64,000 bases of DNA from Thermoplasmata archaeon (lineage in GTDB: Archaea; Thermoplasmatota; Thermoplasmata; Lutacidiplasmatales; UBA184), in the NCBI GenBank assembly GCA_027365105.1, contig DAHXNZ010000002.1, forward strand, positions 3,672 to 67,671. The letters are read 5' to 3'. The notes beneath the pieces are model-generated. The model ran no database searches, was not told the DNA's origin, and saw only the letters and a program-made list of their open reading frames with translations. Positions 18,208-28,510 of the stretch are shown in pieces. The position numbers and the translations under genes are program-made. Every line of letters begins with the position of its first letter. The stretch's first letter is position 1.

Positions 18208-18278
18208 GCCGGCCCGCTCCGCGGAGGGCTTCGATTGGACCCCTACCTTCATAGCCCTCCCCGGCCGAGGCTCCGCCG

Positions 18279-19118
18279 ATGATCGCCCAACCGAGCCCGG
18301 CCGCACTGGAACCGCTCTCGCCGCACGACCTGGTGAACTACTACCGCTGCCCTCACGAGATGGAGCTCCACCGGGTCCGTGTCGACAGCCTCCATCACCA
18401 CGGTCCGGCGGTGGCCCGGACCCCGCCGGATGTGGTGCCGATCCCCCGCTCCCCCCTCATCTCGCCGCCGCTGAGCGGCGTGCAGGTCAACGACGGACGG
18501 CTCGACATCTTCGACGGCGACCGGCTGATCTACGCCGATGAGGCGGAGAAGGACCTGCCGGTGCTCTTTCCTTCGGAGCATGTGACCCTGGACCCTCGGT
18601 TCGTCGGGAGCCAGGCGAACCTCGTCGACCCCGAGCTCCAGCTCCACGGCCGCCCCGACTTCGTGATCCGACGGGCGAACGGGAACCTCGTCCCGGTCGA
18701 GTACAAGGCGACCCACCTCTTCGTCGGCTACCACGAAGCCCACGGCCGGCTCTTCGACACCATCCAGGCGATCGCCGAGTGCCGTCTGGTCGAGGCGGCG
18801 TTCGGCCGCCGGCCCTTGAGCGCGATCGTCCACTACGGCGACCAGACCGGCAGCGGGACCCGGGAGGGCTGGGTCGAGATCCCGTACACGGAGGCCGACG
18901 AGCGGTGGCTCCGCTTCGCCCTCGGGCAGATCCGATCGGACCTGATCCGGGCCCCGGTCACGAACGGCCGGATCTGCGCGAGCTGCGAGGCCAACGAACA
19001 GGGGCTCTGCCGCTACGCCGGCGCCCGGTTCGAAGGTGCCCACCACCACCTGACGAAGCTCTTCGATTCCGCCGGGAACGGTCCGGCGTTGGCCGCCCCT
19101 CGGTTCGGCGGTCGGTGA
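18279..19118 (+). CDS. Cas4-like / RecB-family PD-(D/E)XK nuclease with 4-Cys cluster (DUF83-like), stand-alone
   Basis: N-terminal Cys in YYRCPHE, motif II GRPDFVI, motif III VPVEYKAT (E-x-K), QAIAEC, and a C-terminal C-x2-C-x6-C (CASCEANEQGLC), the arrangement seen in Cas4/AddB-type nucleases. No cas1/cas2 or repeats nearby. Confidence 0.6.
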   Translation: MIAQPSPAALEPLSPHDLVNYYRCPHEMELHRVRVDSLHHHGPAVARTPPDVVPIPRSPLISPPLSGVQVNDGRLDIFDGDRLIYADEAEKDLPVLFPSEHVTLDPRFVGSQANLVDPELQLHGRPDFVIRRANGNLVPVEYKATHLFVGYHEAHGRLFDTIQAIAECRLVEAAFGRRPLSAIVHYGDQTGSGTREGWVEIPYTEADERWLRFALGQIRSDLIRAPVTNGRICASCEANEQGLCRYAGARFEGAHHHLTKLFDSAGNGPALAAPRFGGR

Positions 19119-19181
19119 ACCATCGGGGGGCCCCGGAACGCGCCCCCAAAGGATAATAGCGACGCCCCCATTTTCCCGGAA

Positions 19182-22100
19182 ATGGGGCGCCGGAGAGACC
19201 CCGGGGCGCACCGGGCGGGACGATCGGGAAGGATCGCGCTCCTCGGCCTCGTGGTCTTCGTCCTGGTGAGCGCCTCGCTGGTCGTCCCGGAAAACATTCC
19301 GGGGGCCGTTTTGGGCCCGTCGGAAGGCTCGACCCTCTCGGCGGCTCCCTCCCCGGCCCCGAGCTCCTCGCTCGGCTCGAGCGGCTCCTTCTCGGTCGAG
19401 ACCACCACGGTGCTGGCCAACCAGACCACGCTACCGGGGAACTTCCTCGCCTCGAACGGCATCGCGCCGGACGCGACGGCCTACGATCCCAACAGTTCGA
19501 CCCTCTGGGTCGCGAACGGGGGATCCGGCACGGTCTCGGTGATCAACCTCACCCTCGGCGGGGTGGTCGCCGTCGTCCCGGTGGGCAGCGACCCGACGGC
19601 CCTGCTCTACGATTCGGGCGTGGACCGGGTCTTCGTCGTCAACGAGTTTTCCTACAACGTGAGCGTGATCGACGCGTCGAGCTTCCGCGTCGTGGGCTCG
19701 ATCCCGGTCTCCCTCGCCCCCCTCGCCCTGGCGCTCGATCCGGCGCACCAGACGCTCTACGTGGTCAACTCGAACTACTCCGCCCAATCCGGCCCCGGTA
19801 CCCTCCCCGGCAATGGGAGCCTGACCTGGGTGAACGCCTCGACGCTGGCCGTCGGAGGCAACCTCTCCGTGGGCAAGATCCCGACCGACGCCCTCTACGG
19901 CCCCGGGGGGGATCTCTACGCGGTCGCGCTGGGCTCCTGCCGGCTCTCGACGATCGACCCGGCCAATGACTCGGTCCTGGCCAACGTCTCCCTTCCCGCC
20001 GGAACCTGCGGCGCGGGACGGCCGGTGGGCTGCCCATACTCCGTCAACCCGCTCCCGGGCTCCGCCACCCTGGCGTACGACGCGTCCAACGGGCTCCTCT
20101 ACGTCGGGGTCACGAACATCCGGACCCCCTGCAACTATACGAACTCGGTCGAGGCGTACGACCTCGCGAACGACTCCTGGGTCTACGGCCGGACGGTCCC
20201 CCTCGGGGATGCCGGATTCGGGAACTCGACCCTCGCCCAGATCGCCTACGACCCGGAGATCCCCGCGATCCTCGCCGAGTTCTCCGGCAATGGGAGTGTC
20301 GGGCGCGTGGCCGCGCTCGACCCGGCCGGCCTCGCCACGATCGGGATCCGCTCGATCAACGGCACGGTCTTCGGGCTCCACTACTCGGCCGGCCTTCGGC
20401 AGGTCCTCTGGGCCAACAGTCTCACGGGCCGGGTCACCCGGGCGAACTCCACCACCCTCGATCCCGTGACCCGGTACGCCGTCGGGACCAATCCGGTCGC
20501 CCTCGTCGCCGCGCCCGAGCTGGGCGTGGTGGCCGTGGCCGAATACGCCCAGAACTCGGTCGTCCTCCTGAACGCGACCCAGGGCCGCGTGGTCGGCGAG
20601 TGGCCGGTCGGACGGGAACCCAGCGCGGTCGCCTACGATCCCCAGACGGAGGAACTCGCCGTGGCGAACAGCGGATCCGGCAACCTGACGATCCTCAACC
20701 TGAGCCTCGGTCAGGCGGTGGCGACGGTGCCGATCGGGGGCGAACCCTCCGGGGTCGCCTACGACCGCGCGAACGGCTCGTGGTGGGTCTCCGGCGGGAA
20801 CTCGGGCACCGTCACCGAGATCTCGGTCGCGACCTCCCGGGTCCAGCGGATCGTGCCGGTCGACCCGTCGGCGGTCCTCTCCGGCCTGGCGATCGACTCG
20901 AGGACCGATTCGGTCTACGTCGGACTCCTCACGAACTCCACCGTGGCGGTGGTCAACGCGAGTTCGGGCGCCGTCGAGGCGCTGATCCCCGTCGGGTTGG
21001 CCCCGTCGAGCCTGGCCTATGTGCCGGCGGACGGTGCGGTCTTCGTCGCCAACGCGGGCTCGGGCAACCTCAGCGTGGTGAACGACACCGCGCTCAACGT
21101 GACCAACTCGATCCCGGTGCCCAACCTGCCCCTCTCCGTGGGGTACGACCCCGCGCAGGGCGTGATCCTGGCGGCCCAGTACGGGACCGGCTCCCTGGCC
21201 GTCGTCAGCGTCGCGTTCCAGTCGGTCCAGGGCTTCCTGGAGGTCGGGGCCGGCCCGAGCGGCGTCGCCAGCGACCCGGCGACCGGCGAGGTCTTCATCG
21301 CCAACGCGAACAGCGGCACCGTCTCGACGGTCGGCGTCCGCGGGTTCCCGGTCGAGGTGAACGAGAGCGGGCTGCCCGCGAACTCCACCTGGTGGCTGAA
21401 CCTCACAGGCGGCGCCCACGTGTCGGCCTCCGTTTCCAGCCTGAGCCTCTCCCTCATCAACGGGACCTACGCCTACTCGGCGAGCACGAGCACGCCGGGC
21501 TACGCGGCCAGTCCGGGATTCTTCATCGTCCATGGGGGTCCGGTCCAAGTCCAAGTGACCTTCGCCCCGGCCACCAGCCCGGTCACCTTCGATGCGGTCG
21601 GGCTTCCGGCCGGGACCCCCTGGTTCGTCAACCTGAGCGGAGGGGAGAGCGGCTCGACCCGGGGCACCGCCCTGACCTTCAACCTGACCAACGGAAGCTA
21701 CACCTACGCCGTGGAGACTCCCGATCGGTCGTACGCGCCGTCCCCGGCGTCGGGGCGGCTCCTCGTCCAGGGGAGCCTCCTCGGGGTGGAGGTCCGCTTC
21801 TCCCTCGTCACCTCCCCGGTCATCTTCCAGGAGACCGGGCTGCCCCACGGGACCGTGTGGTATGTGGCGACCGCCGGAGACCGGTTCACCGACAACCGCA
21901 GTTCCATGGCGGCCGGCCTGCCCAACGGGACCTACCGCTACACCGCCGGCACCGCCAACTCGAGCTACCGGGCGGCCGGCGGGGGCTTCACGGTCGACGG
22001 ATCCCCGGTCGAGGTCAACATCAGTTTTTCGCTCGTGGTCTTCTCGGTCGTCATCGCCCAGAGCGGCCTCCCCAACGGGACCGCCTGGTCGGTCGTCATC

Positions 22101-22394
22101 CAAGGACAGACGCTCGTCTCCCGGAACGGCACGGCCCAGATCGAGCTCCCGAACGGGAGCTACGCTTTCCGCCTCGACGCGCCGCCGGGCTACACGGCGG
22201 TGCCCGGGAACGGGACGATTTCGGTCGCCGGGAGCCCGGTCCTCCGCGCCGTCTCCTTCTCGGCCAATGGGGCGTCGTCCTCGACCCGGCTCTACCTGAT
22301 CGGGGGCGTGGCGGTCGCGGCCTTTGCGGCCGGCACGATCATCTTCCTGATCGGGCGCCGTCGCCATCCCCGGCCGCCCGTCGAACCCAAATAG
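19182..22394 (+). CDS. large surface protein: N-terminal signal/TM, YVTN-family beta-propeller repeats, five ~95-aa Ig-like repeats, C-terminal TM anchor
   Basis: Repeated ..VYVVNSNYS.., ..VAVANSGSGNLTILNLS.., ..VFVANAGSGNLSVVNDT.., ..VFIANANSGTVSTVGV.. (YVTN/lactonase-type blades). C-terminal tandem units GLPxGTxWxVxLxGG...NGTYxY...V.F (x5). Final LYLIGGVAVAAFAAGTIIFLIGRRRHPRPP anchor; dozens of N-x-S/T sequons. Confidence 0.75.
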   Translation: MGRRRDPGAHRAGRSGRIALLGLVVFVLVSASLVVPENIPGAVLGPSEGSTLSAAPSPAPSSSLGSSGSFSVETTTVLANQTTLPGNFLASNGIAPDATAYDPNSSTLWVANGGSGTVSVINLTLGGVVAVVPVGSDPTALLYDSGVDRVFVVNEFSYNVSVIDASSFRVVGSIPVSLAPLALALDPAHQTLYVVNSNYSAQSGPGTLPGNGSLTWVNASTLAVGGNLSVGKIPTDALYGPGGDLYAVALGSCRLSTIDPANDSVLANVSLPAGTCGAGRPVGCPYSVNPLPGSATLAYDASNGLLYVGVTNIRTPCNYTNSVEAYDLANDSWVYGRTVPLGDAGFGNSTLAQIAYDPEIPAILAEFSGNGSVGRVAALDPAGLATIGIRSINGTVFGLHYSAGLRQVLWANSLTGRVTRANSTTLDPVTRYAVGTNPVALVAAPELGVVAVAEYAQNSVVLLNATQGRVVGEWPVGREPSAVAYDPQTEELAVANSGSGNLTILNLSLGQAVATVPIGGEPSGVAYDRANGSWWVSGGNSGTVTEISVATSRVQRIVPVDPSAVLSGLAIDSRTDSVYVGLLTNSTVAVVNASSGAVEALIPVGLAPSSLAYVPADGAVFVANAGSGNLSVVNDTALNVTNSIPVPNLPLSVGYDPAQGVILAAQYGTGSLAVVSVAFQSVQGFLEVGAGPSGVASDPATGEVFIANANSGTVSTVGVRGFPVEVNESGLPANSTWWLNLTGGAHVSASVSSLSLSLINGTYAYSASTSTPGYAASPGFFIVHGGPVQVQVTFAPATSPVTFDAVGLPAGTPWFVNLSGGESGSTRGTALTFNLTNGSYTYAVETPDRSYAPSPASGRLLVQGSLLGVEVRFSLVTSPVIFQETGLPHGTVWYVATAGDRFTDNRSSMAAGLPNGTYRYTAGTANSSYRAAGGGFTVDGSPVEVNISFSLVVFSVVIAQSGLPNGTAWSVVIQGQTLVSRNGTAQIELPNGSYAFRLDAPPGYTAVPGNGTISVAGSPVLRAVSFSANGASSSTRLYLIGGVAVAAFAAGTIIFLIGRRRHPRPPVEPK

Positions 22395-22415
22395 GGTCGA
22401 CGGGATGGAACGGAC

Positions 22416-23066
22416 GTGCCCGGAGCGCCCGCCTCGAGGTACGTGGTCGGAGGACCCTTCCCACGGGCCCGGGACGCCGCTGTTCCGTCCCCCCTCAGCG
22501 CCGCCGGGGAACTCCGGGTCTCCTGGAGCTGGCACGACCTTGCGGGAGGACTCGTCGCGTGGAGCTTCGAGAACCCGGGGAGCCAGCCGAAGACCGGGCT
22601 GCTCCTCCGCAACGGCTACTATTTCGGCAACGCCTTCTGGCCGGTCTACCTCGCCCATCCGTCGTTCCGGACCCGGTGGGCGACCGCGCTCGCACCGCTC
22701 GTCGATCAGGGCGTCGGGGCGAATGCCGCCCCGCTCGGGCTGGTCGAGTTTCCGGCCGGACGCCGGATCGTGGCGTTCCTCTTTACGCTCGCCGCCCGCT
22801 CGACCTGGTCGATCCTCGAGGGGGGCTTTTCCTCCGCCCAGCCCCCCCAGGGCGCCGGGATCGTGCCGGTCGACCTTCGGCGGGCGGGCGACTTCTGCAT
22901 CGGCTACGACCCGGCCCAAGTGACCGCCTGGGACCAGCAGACCGGCACCCGGCTCGGCGGCACTTCCCCCAACCCGTCCACGGTCGTGACGGTCGAGGTC
23001 GCCCCGACCGGGGCGGCGCCGTTCGTCCAGCTCTACCCCGACCCGATTGCGGTCGGCCGCTGCTGA
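22416..23066 (+). CDS. hypothetical protein
   Basis: 216-aa ORF with protein-like composition (W/Y/F, ..LLLRNGYYFGNAFWPVYLAHPSFRTRW..), preferred over the overlapping R/S-rich ORF 22405-22923. No family recognised. Confidence 0.35.
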   Translation: MPGAPASRYVVGGPFPRARDAAVPSPLSAAGELRVSWSWHDLAGGLVAWSFENPGSQPKTGLLLRNGYYFGNAFWPVYLAHPSFRTRWATALAPLVDQGVGANAAPLGLVEFPAGRRIVAFLFTLAARSTWSILEGGFSSAQPPQGAGIVPVDLRRAGDFCIGYDPAQVTAWDQQTGTRLGGTSPNPSTVVTVEVAPTGAAPFVQLYPDPIAVGRC

Positions 23067-23212
23067 CCGGGGCCGGGGCGCCCCGATCGGCCCCCGACCG
23101 GCGGAGCGCTTCCGGCCCGACTCGGACCGGCGGAGTGCCGCCGGGAGGATCCGCCCGCCTTCGGCGCGCCGACCCGGGGGAGCGGGACGTCCGGCGCGCG
23201 TCGCTCGGAGAG

Positions 23213-23220
23213 ATTAAATA
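23213..23220 (+). promoter_or_regulatory. candidate TATA box (ATTAAATA) of the 23S rRNA promoter
   Basis: gagagATTAAATAggaagc lies ~175 nt upstream of the mature 23S 5' end in an otherwise GC-rich region with a purine-rich BRE-like stretch just upstream. Spacing allows a ~150-nt processed leader. Confidence 0.3.
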
Positions 23221-23317
23221 GGAAGCCCGAGTCCCACCGCGGCCGACCCTGGCGCCCTGCGTCACGGGAGGCACCGTGCACCCGTCGAGACCCACGTCTC
23301 ACCGGGGAAGTGGCGAG

Positions 23318-23342
23318 GGTCGGCCCGCGGGGGCGGGCCGAC
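23318..23342 (+). other. perfect 11-bp stem / 3-nt loop hairpin in the 23S leader
   Basis: GGTCGGCCCGC-ggg-GCGGGCCGACC, exact reverse complement arms, located between the putative promoter and the processing stem. Confidence 0.5.
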
Positions 23343-23355
23343 CGATGACGCCGAT

Positions 23356-23368
23356 CACACGCGTTCTG
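23356..23368 (+). other. 5' arm of the 23S rRNA processing stem (pairs with 26346-26358)
   Basis: CACACGCGTTCTG is the exact reverse complement of CAGAACGCGTGTG at 26346-26358; further partial complementarity continues on both sides. Such flanking helices carry the bulge-helix-bulge processing site in archaeal rRNA operons. Confidence 0.6.
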
Positions 23369-23394
23369 GACGCTTGTCGAACGTCAGAAGTGTA

Positions 23395-26325
<2,931 letters not shown>

Positions 26326-26345
26326 TTTGGCGCTCGACAGTTAAG

Positions 26346-26358
26346 CAGAACGCGTGTG
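26346..26358 (+). other. 3' arm of the 23S rRNA processing stem (pairs with 23356-23368)
   Basis: CAGAACGCGTGTG, perfect complement of the leader segment. Confidence 0.6.
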
Positions 26359-26361
26359 GTA

Positions 26362-26386
26362 CCCTTTTTTACGGATCGGAAAGGGT
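26362..26386 (+). terminator. oligo-T tract with small hairpin downstream of 23S (candidate archaeal terminator)
   Basis: CCCTTTTTTacggatcggAAAGGG: six consecutive T in a 70 % GC background; CCCTTT/AAAGGG can pair. Confidence 0.35.
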
Positions 26387-26438
26387 CGGCGGGCGGAACC
26401 GCCGCCGGTCCCCTCGGGTTCAGGTCTGCGACCGGTCC

Positions 26439-26739
26439 TTAGCCGGGGGGCCGCTCGACCAAGTTCTGGACGATCGGGAAGACCGACCACTTGTGGCAGA
26501 TCGGGCAGGCCATGTACCGGCTCGGCCCGAGCCGGACCGCCGTCAAGGAGCCGCCCGGGATCCAGTCGTAGTCGAACTCCTTCCCGCACTTCGGGCAGGT
26601 CAGCCGGGAGCGCTGGACGATGCCCCGGGTCCCGACCCTACGGCCTTTCGAGACGACCATCGCCAGGTAGTAGGCGAAGATCCCGATACCGACGACCGCG
26701 ACCGCCGTGATCGCAATCGCCAGCGGGCCGAACGTCATG
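26439..26739 (-). CDS. small membrane protein with C-terminal zinc ribbon
   Basis: MTFGPLAIAITAVAVVGIGIFAYYLAMVVSKGRR.. (one TM) then ..CPKCGKEFDYDW..ACPICHKW (2x CxxC). ATG at 26737-26739 is preceded by CAGGAGG (SD-like) and overlaps the upstream stop (ATGA). The upstream R-rich part of the track ORF 26439-27143 is rejected. Confidence 0.5.
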
Positions 26740-27103
26740 GCCGGCCTCCTGGTCCCGAGGCGGAACCCGCGACGGGCGGGGCGGGATCCGGCCCGGAGCG
26801 GCCCCGAAGCTTCCCGAGCCAGGCGACCAGCAGATCCTCGTAGACCGGGGGCCGGCCCGCGGCGGAGGAACTCTGGGGCCGGAGCCCGGCGTCCCGATCG
26901 GCGGCCGCGAGGTAGAGGGTCCAGCCTTCGTAGGAACGGATCGCCTTCTGCCGGATCCCCCAGCGGATCTTCCGTCGATAGGCCGGATTCGGGAACCTCG
27001 CTTCGATCCTCCCCATCCAGTCGGATGGGTTGCCCTCGGCCACGGTCCTGAGGTAGGCCAGCTCGGCGGAACTGAACATGCCTCCGGTACTGCTTTCGAG
27101 CAT
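26735..27103 (-). CDS. hypothetical protein (122 aa), translationally coupled to the zinc-ribbon membrane protein
   Basis: MLESSTGGMFSSAELAYLRTVAEGNPSDWMGRIEARFPNPAYRRKIRWGIRQKAIRSYEGWTLYLAAADRD..; balanced composition unlike the alternative frame. Confidence 0.45.
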   Translation of the reverse strand: MLESSTGGMFSSAELAYLRTVAEGNPSDWMGRIEARFPNPAYRRKIRWGIRQKAIRSYEGWTLYLAAADRDAGLRPQSSSAAGRPPVYEDLLVAWLGKLRGRSGPDPAPPVAGSASGPGGRP

Positions 27104-27169
27104 AAAGCGTTACTGGAATCAGTAACGGATCGGCATGGAGCACCGAAACCAGATGAACGGCGACCCCTC

Positions 27170-27556
27170 ATGCCGGGCATGCCGTCCCTCGGAGCGGCCC
27201 AGACCCGTTGGCCGGTCGCCGCCTGGATCCGGCTCCAGCTCCCCGCTCCGCCTCCCCCGACGATGCTCCTGGGCCCCCCGCCGCCGCCGGACCCGCCGAT
27301 CGACGGCCTTCGGCCGAACCCGGTCTCCACCGATCCGCGTCGGCGCATCTGGGCGCTCGAGGAGGATCGGGAGGGCTGGATCCTCCGGCTGGTTTGGGAC
27401 GCCGACGACCCGACATTCCTGGAGGCGGAGTACCGGACCCCCCGATCCTCCGGACGACCCTCCAAGGAGAAGATCCGGGCCTTCTGGGAGGCCGTCCGGG
27501 CGCATACCCGGCCGTTGGGCCCGCTGGCGGTGATCGGCGCCGACCCGACTCCCTGA
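27170..27556 (+). CDS. hypothetical protein (start uncertain; Pro-rich N-terminus)
   Basis: C-terminal half ..RRRIWALEEDREGWILRLVWDADDPTFLEAEYRTPRSSGRPSKEKIRAFWEAVRAHTRPLGPLAVIG.. looks protein-like; N-terminus is a PPPP linker. Weak. Confidence 0.25.
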   Translation: MPGMPSLGAAQTRWPVAAWIRLQLPAPPPPTMLLGPPPPPDPPIDGLRPNPVSTDPRRRIWALEEDREGWILRLVWDADDPTFLEAEYRTPRSSGRPSKEKIRAFWEAVRAHTRPLGPLAVIGADPTP

Positions 27557-27655
27557 CGGACCCAGGCCCCCCCGGTAACCCGGGGCGGCCGTCCGGGAGG
27601 CCGGGGCGGAGCCGAGGACCGAGCGGTCCCGCCGAACCGTTAAGCCGAACCGGTC

Positions 27656-28510
27656 GTGACGGGAGGGATGCTCCGGTCGACCTTCCATCACCTCGAGGGC
27701 ATCTCCCTCGCCGGCGAGGCGAGCCTCTGGAGGTCCGGCATCCGGGACTGGAGCGAACTCGCCGGCCAGCTCGACCGGGTCGGAGCCCCGGGCAGCCCCC
27801 GGAGGGAGCGGATCGCCCGGGGCCTGGCCGAGAGCGAGGCGGCCCTCGCCGAGCACCGTGGAGAGTTCTTCGCCCGCCGGCTCCCCTACGCCGAGCACTG
27901 GCGGATCTACCCCGCCTTCCGCCCCGCGACCGCCTTCCTGGACATCGAGACCACCTCCCTCTCGCCCTACGAGGGGATTGTCACGGTGGTGACGGTCCAC
28001 GGCGGGGGGGCCACCCGGAGCTTCGTCGCCGACGACAATCTGGAGGAACTCCCGTCCTACCTGCGTCGGTTCCAACTGATGGTCACCTTCAGCGGTCGGG
28101 TCTTCGACATCCCGTTCCTCCAGTTCCGGTTCCCCCAGTGGACCCCGCCCGCCGGCCACTTCGACCTCCGCTTCGCCCTCTACCGGGTGGGGCAGGCCGG
28201 CGGGCTCAAGCGGATCGAGGAGCGGCTGAGGCTCGGCAGCCGGGCCGGGGTCGAGGGGATCCAGGGGCTGGACGCGGTGCGGCTCTGGGAGCAGCACCGC
28301 CGCGGGTCGGCGTCGGCGCTCGACCGACTCATCCAGTACAACCGGGCCGATGCGGTCAACCTGGAACCGCTCGCGGAGTGGACGGTCCGGGAGCTCACCC
28401 GCCGGTCGGTGGGGAGCGCCGTCGCCCCGCCGAGACCCGACCGGCCGGCCCGGTCCGAGGGCTCCGCGCGGGTCGGGGCTCCGTCGGGGGGAACAGCCGC
28501 CGGCCGATGA
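27656..28510 (+). CDS. predicted RNase-H-fold 3'-5' exonuclease, YprB-like (RNase_H_2 family)
   Basis: ..FLDIETTSLSPYEGIVTVVTV.. (DEDD-type motif I as in YprB FFDIETTGLSPY), ..VTFSGRVFDIPFL.., ..HFDLRFALYR.., ..LIQYNRADAVNLEPL.. follow the YprB/PF13482 pattern. ~95-aa N-terminal extension of unknown function. Confidence 0.55.
   Translation: MTGGMLRSTFHHLEGISLAGEASLWRSGIRDWSELAGQLDRVGAPGSPRRERIARGLAESEAALAEHRGEFFARRLPYAEHWRIYPAFRPATAFLDIETTSLSPYEGIVTVVTVHGGGATRSFVADDNLEELPSYLRRFQLMVTFSGRVFDIPFLQFRFPQWTPPAGHFDLRFALYRVGQAGGLKRIEERLRLGSRAGVEGIQGLDAVRLWEQHRRGSASALDRLIQYNRADAVNLEPLAEWTVRELTRRSVGSAVAPPRPDRPARSEGSARVGAPSGGTAAGR

Noticed and set aside
18279-19118. CRISPR-Cas locus around the Cas4-like gene
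   Set aside because: No direct-repeat array and no cas1/cas2/cas3-like ORFs anywhere in the window; treated as a solo Cas4-like nuclease.
19431-22919. 1162-aa minus-strand ORF
   Set aside because: Antisense to the YVTN surface-protein gene, whose repeats and anchors are unambiguous.
26326-26438. Possible 5S rRNA or tRNA downstream of 23S
   Set aside because: No 5S-like or cloverleaf-compatible sequence found; the region contains only the processing-stem arm and the oligo-T hairpin.
26439-27143. Single 234-aa ORF as given in the track
   Set aside because: N-terminal half is R/G/P low-complexity; the alternative frame gives a balanced 122-aa protein coupled by ATGA to the Zn-ribbon membrane protein.
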